A DNA stretch of 64,000 nucleotides from Candidatus Latescibacterota bacterium (GTDB taxonomy: Bacteria > Latescibacterota > UBA2968 > SICM01): NCBI GenBank assembly GCA_965217865.1, contig CBDCJO010000002.1:3872001-3936000 (forward strand), in the 5' to 3' direction. The notes beneath the pieces were generated by a model, which had not been told where the DNA came from, ran no database searches, and saw only the letters and a list, made by a program, of their open reading frames with translations. The translations under genes and the position numbers were made by a program. Each line of letters begins with the position of its first letter. The first letter of the stretch is position 1. Of this stretch, positions 9,108 through 17,820 are shown piece after piece.

Positions 9108-10154
9108 ATGGATCTTTTCACGATAGACTCGATTCCAGGAGATGACTCCTGGCAGGACGGTGGGTCCCCCAAGCTGATCGATAGTTTCGGTCGGACCATC
9201 AACAACCTCCGGATTTCGGTGACGGACCGCTGCAATATGCGCTGTGTCTACTGCATGCCGGCGGAAGGGATGGTCTTCTTCGATCGTGCGGAAATTCTGA
9301 GCTATGAGGAGATCGTTCGATTCGTTCGAATCGGAGCCCGACTGGGAATCACAGACCTCCGTATTACCGGGGGAGAGCCGCTCGTCCGTAAGGACCTCCA
9401 CCTTTTGATCGGAGAACTTTCACAGGTCCCTGGGATCCAGGACATCGGCCTGACGACCAACGGCATTCTTCTGGAGGATCAGGCACAAACCCTATATGAC
9501 GCGGGGTTGCGCCGAATCAACGTCAGTCTGGATTCACTTGATCCAGAACAGTTTTCTAAGATCACCCGGAGGGATGTTTTTCACAGGGTCGTTGCCGGTA
9601 TTGAGGCCGCCGAACGGGTGGGTATGAGTCCGATCAAGCTTAATACGATCGCCGTACGGGGGTTCACGGAGGGAGAGGTGCTCGGTTTCGCGGAATTGGC
9701 GAGAAAAAAATCCTATGAAGTGCGTTTTATCGAATATATGCCGCTTGGAGCGGATGATGTCTGGGAGAAACAGAAGGTTCTGGGCCAGAAGGAAATCCTG
9801 GATTGTATCCACGCCGTGTGGCCCCTGGAACCCATAGAAGATGCCGATGGCCGGGCGCCTGCGGATACATTTCGTTTCCTCGATGGCACGGGGAAAATCG
9901 GAATTATCGCTTCTGTGACCCACCCCTTTTGTGAAGCTTGTGACAGGATTAGAATAACATCGGACGGGAAGCTCCGGACGTGTCTTTTCTCGATTACTGA
10001 AACCGATATCAAGTCCCTTCTGAGAGGCGGGGCGTCAGACCAGGAGATCAGCAGCGTTCTGATCGAGGCGGTCTGGAGGAAAGAACCCGGTCACCGAATC
10101 AATCAACCGGATTTCGTCAAACCAAGCCGTACCATGTCCGCCATCGGAGGATAG
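9108..10154 (+). CDS. moaA: GTP 3',8-cyclase (molybdenum cofactor biosynthesis)
   Basis: LRISVTDRCNMRCVYCMP, FCEACDRIRITSDGKLRTCL, C-terminal MSAIGG. Confidence 0.98.
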   Translation: MDLFTIDSIPGDDSWQDGGSPKLIDSFGRTINNLRISVTDRCNMRCVYCMPAEGMVFFDRAEILSYEEIVRFVRIGARLGITDLRITGGEPLVRKDLHLLIGELSQVPGIQDIGLTTNGILLEDQAQTLYDAGLRRINVSLDSLDPEQFSKITRRDVFHRVVAGIEAAERVGMSPIKLNTIAVRGFTEGEVLGFAELARKKSYEVRFIEYMPLGADDVWEKQKVLGQKEILDCIHAVWPLEPIEDADGRAPADTFRFLDGTGKIGIIASVTHPFCEACDRIRITSDGKLRTCLFSITETDIKSLLRGGASDQEISSVLIEAVWRKEPGHRINQPDFVKPSRTMSAIGG

Positions 10155-10385
10155 TACGGCCCACGGCAACATTTTTTCGTTGACAACTTTTCAAGGGTTC
10201 CTTAAATTGTCCCAACTGTTCTAGGTGTAGTGCGTTGTAAAATAGCAAGCTATGTACCTATTCATCGATTGCAACAAGATTTTGTGAGACGGAGGTGATG
10301 GCGCGGAGTCCGTTTAAAAAGTTTTATTATCCTCTTCCCTTGAACAATAATTTTTGATAACGGTCCCTTTGAAAGGAGATGGCGT

Positions 10386-10649
10386 ATGGCATACATCATC
10401 GCTCAGCCGTGCATCGACGTGATGGACAGGGCTTGTGTCGAGGTCTGTCCGGTGGATTGCATCTACGAACCCGATGCCACGACTCTCGCTACCGAGGATC
10501 GTCGGCCGATGCTCTACATCCATCCGGAAGAGTGCATCGACTGCGGTGCTTGCGAACCGGAATGCCCGGTTGAAGCCATTTTCGCCGAAGAGGATACGCC
10601 TGAGGAGTGGAAGGAGTATATCGAGATCAATGCAAAAGCCTTTGAGTGA
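10386..10649 (+). CDS. fdxA: 7Fe ([3Fe-4S]+[4Fe-4S]) ferredoxin
   Basis: [17 protein letters not shown] and [12 protein letters not shown]; SD AAGGAG. Confidence 0.93.
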   Translation: MAYIIAQPCIDVMDRACVEVCPVDCIYEPDATTLATEDRRPMLYIHPEECIDCGACEPECPVEAIFAEEDTPEEWKEYIEINAKAFE

Positions 10650-10688
10650 TTGAGCAAGACGCCGGCCATGCAGCCGGAACGATTCCAT

Positions 10689-10718
10689 GCCGGGGCCCGA
10701 AAGGCCCCGGCTTTTTTT
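10689..10718 (+). terminator. Rho-independent terminator
   Basis: GCCGGGGCC-cgaaa-GGCCCCGGC-T7. Confidence 0.9.
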
Positions 10719-10771
10719 ATCCCTTTCAATGTCTCTCGAACCGAATGAACCAAACCACCTGAATCGAAGGA

Positions 10772-11275
10772 TCATTTCGGCGGGTCCTCTTGTGAGACCT
10801 CAGGAGCACTCGCGGTTGCGACCGCATCCAGGAGCTGATTATTTCGGATGAGGGATCCGGGAACTCGCCAGAGTGCGATCCCGTTGCAGATCAATGTGAG
10901 GATGGCGAGGATCCGGTGTACCGCGGGTGAGAGGGCCTGGACGTGTACACCCCCACCCAGCATGGCCGTGGTCATCGTCAGAAAAATGGCCAGAAGTGCC
11001 CACGGGAAAAGAGCTCTCTTGAAACGCTTGGCGTCGTCCACGTAGATCCGATCGAGTCCCCTCTCCCGGGTTTCCCGTTCGATCGCCGATCCGGTTCCTA
11101 CGAAGTAGAAGACCGTAATAGTGTGGGATAACATCACGATCATCGTGGCCACGAGGGAGACATTGATATGAGTCCCAAGGGGGATCGTTCCGGATGAGGT
11201 CATATATCCCAGGACAGTGCTGGCCACCAATGATGGAAAAGAGATCACCGCCAGGGCAAGGATTACGGCCTGCAT
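10772..11275 (-). CDS. Hypothetical four-helix membrane protein with His residues in TM segments
   Basis: Four hydrophobic segments; SD AGGAG; promoter upstream. Confidence 0.75.
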   Translation of the reverse strand: MQAVILALAVISFPSLVASTVLGYMTSSGTIPLGTHINVSLVATMIVMLSHTITVFYFVGTGSAIERETRERGLDRIYVDDAKRFKRALFPWALLAIFLTMTTAMLGGGVHVQALSPAVHRILAILTLICNGIALWRVPGSLIRNNQLLDAVATASAPEVSQEDPPK

Positions 11276-11349
11276 TTATTCATCTCCTGATTAACGTATG
11301 GACGCACAGGACAGGACGTAGCGTCGAACCCTCTCAAACAGAGATCATT

Positions 11350-11378
11350 AATATAAGTTCTCCCGGAGACGAGTGCAA
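11350..11378 (-). promoter_or_regulatory. Sigma70-like promoter for the membrane-protein gene
   Basis: Minus strand TTGCAC-N17-TATATT. Confidence 0.45.
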
Positions 11379-11502
11379 TATTCCGGGGTGACATCCATTG
11401 CCCGGATGACGTGAGATTTTCCGCTTGACACCCGGTTTTTTCCATGCCTGATTCAAAGGTTATGATCAAAATATCATATCTCTTCTTTAACCCATATCCC
11501 CG

Positions 11503-12561
11503 ATGACCTCCATCGAAGATAAATCTCGCCTCCGAATGTTCCTGGATAAAAACGTCCCCTTGATCGATAAGGAGATGTTCTCCTTCCTTCCTCAGTCCGA
11601 ACCCCTTCATCTTCTGTATGGCCCTATGCGAGACTATCCCCTTCGGGGAGGGAAGCGGTTCCGGTCTGCCTTGGTCCTTCTCTCGTGTGAGGCCCTTGGG
11701 GGGGATACGAAGAATGCTGTTCGAACAGCGGCCGCATTCGAGATGTTCCAGTCCTTCGCCCTCGTGCACGACGATATCGAAGATGGATCGGAGATACGTC
11801 GAGGCAAGCCCTGTCTTCACCAGATCCATGGGGTTCCGATCAGTATCAATGTCGGGGATGCGCTGTATGCAAAGGTTTTCGAAGTCCTTTTGGAGAACCA
11901 GGAAATCCTGGGGACCGAGAAGACGCTCAGGCTGTTCGCGGAGATGATTTCGGGTGCGCGGGAGACGTTTGAGGGACAGGCCTACGACATCGGATGGGCA
12001 AAGGAGGGGACGATCCCATCCGTGGCGATATTTATGAGGATGCTTCGAAAGAAAACCGGGTGGTATAGCGGTAGAGGTCCGTGCACTTCCGGTGCGATTA
12101 TTGCGGGGGCGGAACCTGAGATGAATCGAGCGGTGGGGGACTTTGGAGAAGCGATTGCGGTGGCCTTCCAGCTCCGGGATGATCTCTTAAACGTCCAGGT
12201 GGGTGACGTAGATGCTCTGTCCGCCCCGGGGGCCACGTCCGGAGGCTACGGGAAGGAGTGGGCGGGGGATATCGCCGAGGGAAAAAGGACGCTGATGGTC
12301 ATCGACCTGTTGAACAACTGCACCCGGGAAGAACGAGATAAAACCCTTACGATCCTGGATCGGGATCGAAAAAAGAATACGCAAGGGGAAATCGAGTGGG
12401 TTGTATCGTCTATGGTCCGTTATGGCTCTATTCAGCGCGCACAGGAGGTCTGTGACCAGATAGCCCGTGAGGGGCTGGGTCATTTGGAATGTCTGCCCGA
12501 GAGTGAAGCGAAGGAGACGCTCCGGGAGATGGCGGCTTTCCTGGTCGAACGCGTATTTTAA
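11503..12561 (+). CDS. Short-chain polyprenyl diphosphate synthase (GGPP synthase, IdsA-like)
   Basis: GGKRFR, FALVHDDIED..RRGKP (FARM with Phe at -5), KKTG, FQLRDD, DIAEGK. Confidence 0.93.
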   Translation: MTSIEDKSRLRMFLDKNVPLIDKEMFSFLPQSEPLHLLYGPMRDYPLRGGKRFRSALVLLSCEALGGDTKNAVRTAAAFEMFQSFALVHDDIEDGSEIRRGKPCLHQIHGVPISINVGDALYAKVFEVLLENQEILGTEKTLRLFAEMISGARETFEGQAYDIGWAKEGTIPSVAIFMRMLRKKTGWYSGRGPCTSGAIIAGAEPEMNRAVGDFGEAIAVAFQLRDDLLNVQVGDVDALSAPGATSGGYGKEWAGDIAEGKRTLMVIDLLNNCTREERDKTLTILDRDRKKNTQGEIEWVVSSMVRYGSIQRAQEVCDQIAREGLGHLECLPESEAKETLREMAAFLVERVF

Positions 12562-12578
12562 AAGGGGTTGGATAAATC

Positions 12579-13607
12579 GTGTCGGAGGTTGAATTGAAGA
12601 AAATGGGCCTGGGGGTGATCGGATGCGGGGTTATGGGATCGGGCCTTGCGGCCGCTGCGGATACGCTCGACAACGCGAGGGTCGTTTGGGTGAGCGACGT
12701 GGAGGTCTCGAAGGCGAGGAATCTGGCGGACAAGCTTCAGGTGGATCACGATCCGGACTACCGCCGATTGCTCAAGCGAGATGACGCGGATGCGGTTTTG
12801 ATCGCATCCCCCCCCTTCCTTCACGAGGAGATGGCCATCGCCGCTGCCGGGGCGGGCTGCCACGTCTTTACTGAGAAACCGATGTCGACCACCCTGGAAG
12901 GATGCGATGCCATGATCGGAGCGGCGCAAAAAAACGGCATCGGACTCGGTGTCGGGCTTGTCCTCCGTTTTAACCCCGCCCACTCCAAAATTCGAGAGAT
13001 CGCCCGGAGCGGAGAGATCGGAGAACCGGTCTGCATGATGGTTCACCGGATCGGTGGGGGATGGGGCGGGGTTTGGCAAGCGCCGTGGCGGATGAAGCAG
13101 GTCCAGTCCGGGGGAACGCTGATGGAGATCAATGCACACGAGATAGACTTTCTGCGATTTGTTCTGGGCGACGTTCGGCGGGTCTTCGCAGTGGGCGGTA
13201 ATTTCCGCGAAAAGGAGGCGGACTTTCCAGACGTAGCCGTGGTTTCCCTGACATTTTTATCGGGTGCGGTAGGGTCTCTCCATTCCAGCCAGGTGAGCGC
13301 CGCGGGGGGCTATGGAGGGCGCCTCGACGGCACGGAGGGGAGCGTGGTTTTTCCAGCTTTTGGGGGAAAAGATGCGGCCCTGAAGGTCAAACGTTTCAAC
13401 GGAGACGAACGAACGATATTGATCGCCGATATTCAGATGCCCAATCCAGTAACGGCAGAGATCAGGGCGTTCGTGGATGCGATTCAAAAAGGAGAGGACC
13501 CGCCGGTGGGGGGTGCGGACGGGCGGGCGGCCACGGAGGTTGCGATTGCGGCCTATCGATCGATTGAAAGCGGAGAAGCTGTGGGAATGCCCTTGGAAAA
13601 AACGTGA
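12579..13607 (+). CDS. Gfo/Idh/MocA oxidoreductase
   Basis: GVIGCG, HVFTEKP, GGTLMEINAHEID. Confidence 0.93.
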   Translation: MSEVELKKMGLGVIGCGVMGSGLAAAADTLDNARVVWVSDVEVSKARNLADKLQVDHDPDYRRLLKRDDADAVLIASPPFLHEEMAIAAAGAGCHVFTEKPMSTTLEGCDAMIGAAQKNGIGLGVGLVLRFNPAHSKIREIARSGEIGEPVCMMVHRIGGGWGGVWQAPWRMKQVQSGGTLMEINAHEIDFLRFVLGDVRRVFAVGGNFREKEADFPDVAVVSLTFLSGAVGSLHSSQVSAAGGYGGRLDGTEGSVVFPAFGGKDAALKVKRFNGDERTILIADIQMPNPVTAEIRAFVDAIQKGEDPPVGGADGRAATEVAIAAYRSIESGEAVGMPLEKT

Positions 13608-13616
13608 TAACCCTTT

Positions 13617-14198
13617 TTAAGGGGCGGCCTGGATGTTTTTCAGGAGGGTCCCTATATCCCAGGTCCCTTCGGTCTTGATGTCCAGGGTCAACTGTTGATA
13701 CGGATCGGGGTTTCGCACGAGAGTGAAAGCCGCACCCGCATAAATCAATTTTAACACCCCCTCCAGATCAGGTTGGACGGATGATAGTGTCTCCTCTGAG
13801 TGGGGTGCGAGGAGCCTATCGTTCAGGACGAGTTGGACTTCATCTCCAGAGAATTTTACCCTACCTTCAAGTTCCGGTTCCGCCTCAAGGCGACGGCAGG
13901 CCTCGATTGTCTTCACGAAGACCCCCCGGATTCGTTCGAAAAGATTTCCATCCAACGGCTGTTTTCGCTGGTAAAGCAACCCCAGCCGATTGTGATGATT
14001 GTCGATACTGTAATTTGCATCGTGTCCCACCAGAAGCGTGACCGGACCCGCGCTGACGTGGCTGTAGTCCGCGACATCGATCAGGACTTCGTCCGTGACC
14101 GCGGGGATCCATTCGTTGAAGACTTTAAACCAGGTTTCCGCCGGAATCCCGTGACCATCCGCCAGGTAAAATTTCAGGTTGATCTTTTGTAGATCCAC
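13617..14198 (-). CDS. Hypothetical protein, co-oriented downstream of the siroheme reductase
   Basis: 193-aa ORF containing LIDVADYSHVSAGP..GHDANYS; function not recognised. Confidence 0.75.
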   Translation of the reverse strand: MDLQKINLKFYLADGHGIPAETWFKVFNEWIPAVTDEVLIDVADYSHVSAGPVTLLVGHDANYSIDNHHNRLGLLYQRKQPLDGNLFERIRGVFVKTIEACRRLEAEPELEGRVKFSGDEVQLVLNDRLLAPHSEETLSSVQPDLEGVLKLIYAGAAFTLVRNPDPYQQLTLDIKTEGTWDIGTLLKNIQAAP

Positions 14199-14235
14199 GT
14201 GGTGAGTTGTCCTGTCAATTTATTACACAAAAAGC

Positions 14236-14325
14236 ACCGGGGACTCGAGACTGGAGGCCTGTAAACCTACCCGATCCAAAGGGAGGCCGTTACAAAACCC
14301 TTCCTTCAATCTCAAATCCCCTGGT
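14236..14325 (-). repeat. Intergenic imperfect inverted repeat built from heptamer-like units
   Basis: ACCGGGGACTCGAGACTGGAGG (14236-14257) versus reverse complement of CCTTCAATCTCAAATCCCCTGGT (14303-14325). Confidence 0.6.
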
Positions 14326-14328
14326 TCC

Positions 14329-16569
14329 TCACGCATTTACGACGTTCATCTTCCCGTAACAACTGTGAGCGGCCTCGATAAACAGCCCGGTCTCCTCGAC
14401 AACTTCGTGCGCCCGATCCCGGGTGTAAACCGAAACTTCATCGCTGTGGACCCGGAACAGGTAGTTGGCGAATTTGGCTTTGGCGAAGGGATCCCAGAAC
14501 AGCTTTGTATCGAAGAACCTTTTACGGAATTCCTCCACGATCGTGTCCGGGTCTTCGGGAATGTCCAGGAACTGAGTCTTCACCAGGGCCTTGGCCGCGT
14601 GGAGCATGGCGATGTAAGCCGTTTTGTAGGCCTTTTCATAATCGCCTTCCTCCAGGAAAACCTGAGCTTCAAAGGCCTCACGCTCGCAGCTGGTAAACTC
14701 GAACTGGACGAGAGGAACGACCGCCCCGGCACACTCTCCCTTTCCCATGTCCCCCACGGTGAATTCCCGCGTGTCTCCCCAGTCCGTGTAGAAGGACGGA
14801 TCGTCCTGGTGGGGAGGGACGTGCGTGAGATCGTCCAGGATTTGCTTGACCTGCCTTTTGCCGATGCGCTTGATGTAATCCTGGAAGCTTTCTTCCGCCT
14901 TCTTTCCCTGCACGTAGTTTTCCGTCATTCGGGACACCACATCCGGGATCCGTCTTGATGGAACGGCGCCCATAGCCAGCCCGAAGGACTTGGCGTTCTC
15001 CGTCCACTGCCCGCCAAGAACCACCTGGAAATGGGGTACGGTGTATCCGTTGATCTTTCTGCTGATCCCGTAGAAGCCCAGGTCGGCGATGTGGTGCTGT
15101 CCGCAGGAGTTGAAGCAACCGCTGATCTTGATCCTCAGGTTTTCCACGGTCTTATCGAGTTTGAGGCCTTTTTCCGCAATCCGTGTACGCATTTCTCCCG
15201 CCAGGCCTCGGGAGGAGGCGATGCCGAGCCTGCAGGTATCCGTCCCGGGACACGCGGTTACATCAACGATCGTACCGGCACCCGGTTGGGCCAGGCCGAT
15301 ATTTTTGAGGGAGTCATAGAGCTCCGGCAGGTCGGCCTGGCTTACCCAGCGAAAAACGATGTTCTGCTCAACGGTCAATCGGACGGTGTCTTTGACAAAA
15401 CGTCTGGCGAGGTTCGCGACGGCCCGGAACTGGTTCGCGGTGATATCGCCCAGAGGGAGCGTAATTGTCGCGACAGCATAGGTTTCCTGGCGCTGTGTTT
15501 TGACGTTTGTCCTGTACCATTCGCCGAATCCATCGGGCCTGACCTGGCCGTTTAACGACATCCCAATCTTCAGGGGCTTCTCCCCCTGGGCGCTCAGGCC
15601 GGAGAGGAAGGCGGACCATTTCGGGTCGGGGGGCATCTTCTCCCGTTCCTCGAGGACGAATCGTTTGAACTCCTGAATCCCGAGCTTGGCCACCAGGAAC
15701 TTAATACGGGCTCGAGCGCGGTTCTGTTTTTCTCCCAATCTTGCAAAAACCCTTGATATGGCCTGTGCCGTGGGCAACAGTTCCTCTTCGGGGAGGAATT
15801 CATCGAAGAGCTTGGCCTGGTGTGGGACGGCCCCAAGGCCTCCACCAACGTAAAGCTCGAATCCCCTTCTCTCCTGTCCGTCGACGATGCGTGTGACCGC
15901 GATCGCCCCCATATCGTGCATGCTGGTAAGGCCGCACGCTTCGTGTCTGCAGCCCGAGAAAGCGATCTTGAATTTTCGTCCGAAGTCCTGGACATCGGGA
16001 TGTCCCAGGAGGAATTTGGAACAGGCCATTGCGTAAGGGGTGACATCGAAGGCTTCGTCCCGGCAGACACCCGCTAAGGGGCAAGCCGTGACGTTCCGAA
16101 CGGAATTCCCGCAGGCTTCCCGGGTTGTGATTCCGACCGCGGCCAGCCTTCGCATGAGGGAAGGGGTGTCGTCGATATGGACATAGTGGAGTTGGATATC
16201 CTGTCGAGTTGTGATGTGGGAGATACCGTCGGAGTACTCCTCCGAGAGGTCGGCAAGGACCTCCATCTGCTCTGGGGTCAGGCCGCCGAACGGAATTTTG
16301 ATCCGTTGCATCCCTGGAGCGTCCCACACAGCGTCCGTACCTTTGGTCAGATCCCCACAGGGATAGTCAAGGTTCTGGGTATGAGAACCGTCGAACCGCT
16401 GCCCGTTGTCGTAGCGCTGGCCGTAGACCCCCCGCCGCAGCCGGGTTTCCATGAAGATTGTATCTTCGATCTTTCCCTGCTTCTTCAGCTCGATCTGGGT
16501 CTCGAAGATATCGACCTCCCGTCCCAGATCATCGGGGATACGATCGGCCAGTTTTTCCTTCCAGGTCAC
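14329..16569 (-). CDS. Ferredoxin-dependent nitrite/sulfite reductase (siroheme) with C-terminal HEPN-like domain
   Basis: RLRRGVYGQR, HITTRQDIQLH, ACPGTDTC..SGCFNSCGQH; C-terminal AYKTAYIAMLHAAKAL helix. Confidence 0.92.
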   Translation of the reverse strand: MTWKEKLADRIPDDLGREVDIFETQIELKKQGKIEDTIFMETRLRRGVYGQRYDNGQRFDGSHTQNLDYPCGDLTKGTDAVWDAPGMQRIKIPFGGLTPEQMEVLADLSEEYSDGISHITTRQDIQLHYVHIDDTPSLMRRLAAVGITTREACGNSVRNVTACPLAGVCRDEAFDVTPYAMACSKFLLGHPDVQDFGRKFKIAFSGCRHEACGLTSMHDMGAIAVTRIVDGQERRGFELYVGGGLGAVPHQAKLFDEFLPEEELLPTAQAISRVFARLGEKQNRARARIKFLVAKLGIQEFKRFVLEEREKMPPDPKWSAFLSGLSAQGEKPLKIGMSLNGQVRPDGFGEWYRTNVKTQRQETYAVATITLPLGDITANQFRAVANLARRFVKDTVRLTVEQNIVFRWVSQADLPELYDSLKNIGLAQPGAGTIVDVTACPGTDTCRLGIASSRGLAGEMRTRIAEKGLKLDKTVENLRIKISGCFNSCGQHHIADLGFYGISRKINGYTVPHFQVVLGGQWTENAKSFGLAMGAVPSRRIPDVVSRMTENYVQGKKAEESFQDYIKRIGKRQVKQILDDLTHVPPHQDDPSFYTDWGDTREFTVGDMGKGECAGAVVPLVQFEFTSCEREAFEAQVFLEEGDYEKAYKTAYIAMLHAAKALVKTQFLDIPEDPDTIVEEFRKRFFDTKLFWDPFAKAKFANYLFRVHSDEVSVYTRDRAHEVVEETGLFIEAAHSCYGKMNVVNA

Positions 16570-16807
16570 GGTTTTCCTCTTTTCGAATCCGGATGGTGAA
16601 ATGGGAAATCGTCCGAGTGGCGAAGAGGGTCTCTGATCCTTCCAAGAACAAGAAAAAACTAACTAATTGGCGGGCTTTGTCAAGTCTTTCCTGAAGCCCC
16701 GAAGCCCACGGAACTCGGACGTGCACAGATCTTTTTCGGCAGGATCCTTCCCGGTTTTGACGGAGGTTCCAGGAGGATTTGAGACCCGCAACGAAAGGTA
16801 TTTCCCC

Positions 16808-16836
16808 TTGACAAAGGGGGATAAAACCTCTATCAT
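16808..16836 (+). promoter_or_regulatory. Sigma70 promoter
   Basis: TTGACA-N17-TATCAT. Confidence 0.75.
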
Positions 16837-16874
16837 GTGGTTGATTTAAATGGCATTTTCGAAGGGATTACGGT

Positions 16875-16941
16875 GGTCCCCGGATGTTCTGTGGCTGTTC
16901 TGACCCCCGACAGCAGTCGCAGAAAGCCGGGGACCTTTTTT
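16875..16941 (+). ncRNA. Long hairpin plus T6 between promoter and kduD (candidate sRNA 3' end or attenuator)
   Basis: 9-bp GGTCCCCGG/CCGGGGACC stem, internal loop, 13-bp TTCTGTGGCTGTT/AGCAGTCGCAGAA stem (with G-U pairs), then TTTTTT. Confidence 0.45.
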
Positions 16942-16954
16942 ACGGGTGTATTTT

Positions 16955-17713
16955 ATGATTCTTGACGACTTTCGATTGACCGATCAGGTTTCCCTGGTCA
17001 CAGGGGTGGGTAAGGGGTTGGGGCAGTCCCTGGCTCTGGGCCTGGCGGAAGCCGGATGCGATATCGCGGGGGTCTACCGGACGGCTTGTGATGAGACGCG
17101 TCGTCAGGTCGAGGGGGTGGGGAGAAAGTTTTATCCGATTCGGGTGGACTTTTCCAAGGAACCTGCGGCACCTGTTCTCGAGCAAGCGCTCGAGGGCCTT
17201 GGCCAGGTGGATATCGTGGTCAACAACGCGGGGACGATAAGACGCGCTCCGGTACTCGACTACTCCGAGCAGGACTGGGATGAAGTCATGGACGTCAATT
17301 TGAAGAGCGGATTCTTTCTTAGCCAATCCGCAGCACGCCACTGGGTTGATCTGGGAAGGAGCGGAAAGATCATATTCATCGCATCTGTACTATCTTTCCA
17401 GGGCGGAATTCTCATCCCCCCATACACAGAGAGCAAACATGGCGTGGTGGGCATCGTCCGCCTCCTGTCGAATGAGTTGGCCTCGAAAAGGATCAACGTT
17501 AACGCCATTGCACCGGGCTACATGGCCACCGATAGCACAACAGCCTTGAGAGAAGACACGGATCGAAGTCAGGCCATTCTGAACAGGATTCCCGCAAACC
17601 GGTGGGGTAACCCCGAGGATTTGAAAGGGGCAGTGGTCTTCCTTGCGTCACAGGCTTCAAACTATATCCACGGCGAGACGCTCGTCGTGGACGGGGGCTG
17701 GTTGGGGCGCTGA
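16955..17713 (+). CDS. kduD: 2-dehydro-3-deoxy-D-gluconate 5-dehydrogenase (SDR)
   Basis: TGVGKGLG, NNAG, IASVLSFQGGI, YTESKH, NAIAPGYMAT, VDGGWLGR. Confidence 0.92.
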   Translation: MILDDFRLTDQVSLVTGVGKGLGQSLALGLAEAGCDIAGVYRTACDETRRQVEGVGRKFYPIRVDFSKEPAAPVLEQALEGLGQVDIVVNNAGTIRRAPVLDYSEQDWDEVMDVNLKSGFFLSQSAARHWVDLGRSGKIIFIASVLSFQGGILIPPYTESKHGVVGIVRLLSNELASKRINVNAIAPGYMATDSTTALREDTDRSQAILNRIPANRWGNPEDLKGAVVFLASQASNYIHGETLVVDGGWLGR

Positions 17714-17734
17714 TTATGGAATGGCAGATTGGCC

Positions 17735-17763
17735 TTGACAGCGTGTTTCGGCTGTTTTAACAT
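17735..17763 (+). promoter_or_regulatory. Sigma70 promoter for the 2-oxoacid/acetoin dehydrogenase genes
   Basis: TTGACA-N17-TAACAT. Confidence 0.6.
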
Positions 17764-17820
17764 GATGTTCCCTCAAGAGGCAATGCGATTATTCCCATTC
17801 CATTTCACTAAGAGGCAGCT

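Noticed and set aside
10238-10250. AAATAGCAAG resembling Cas9 tracrRNA/sgRNA scaffold
   Set aside because: Only a 10-nt match, no continuation, and no cas gene or array in the window.
10290-10330. GGTGATGGCG resembling a fluoride riboswitch start before the ferredoxin
   Set aside because: Lacks the pairing UCnCC strand and the GCUnAUGAC motif; downstream gene is unrelated.
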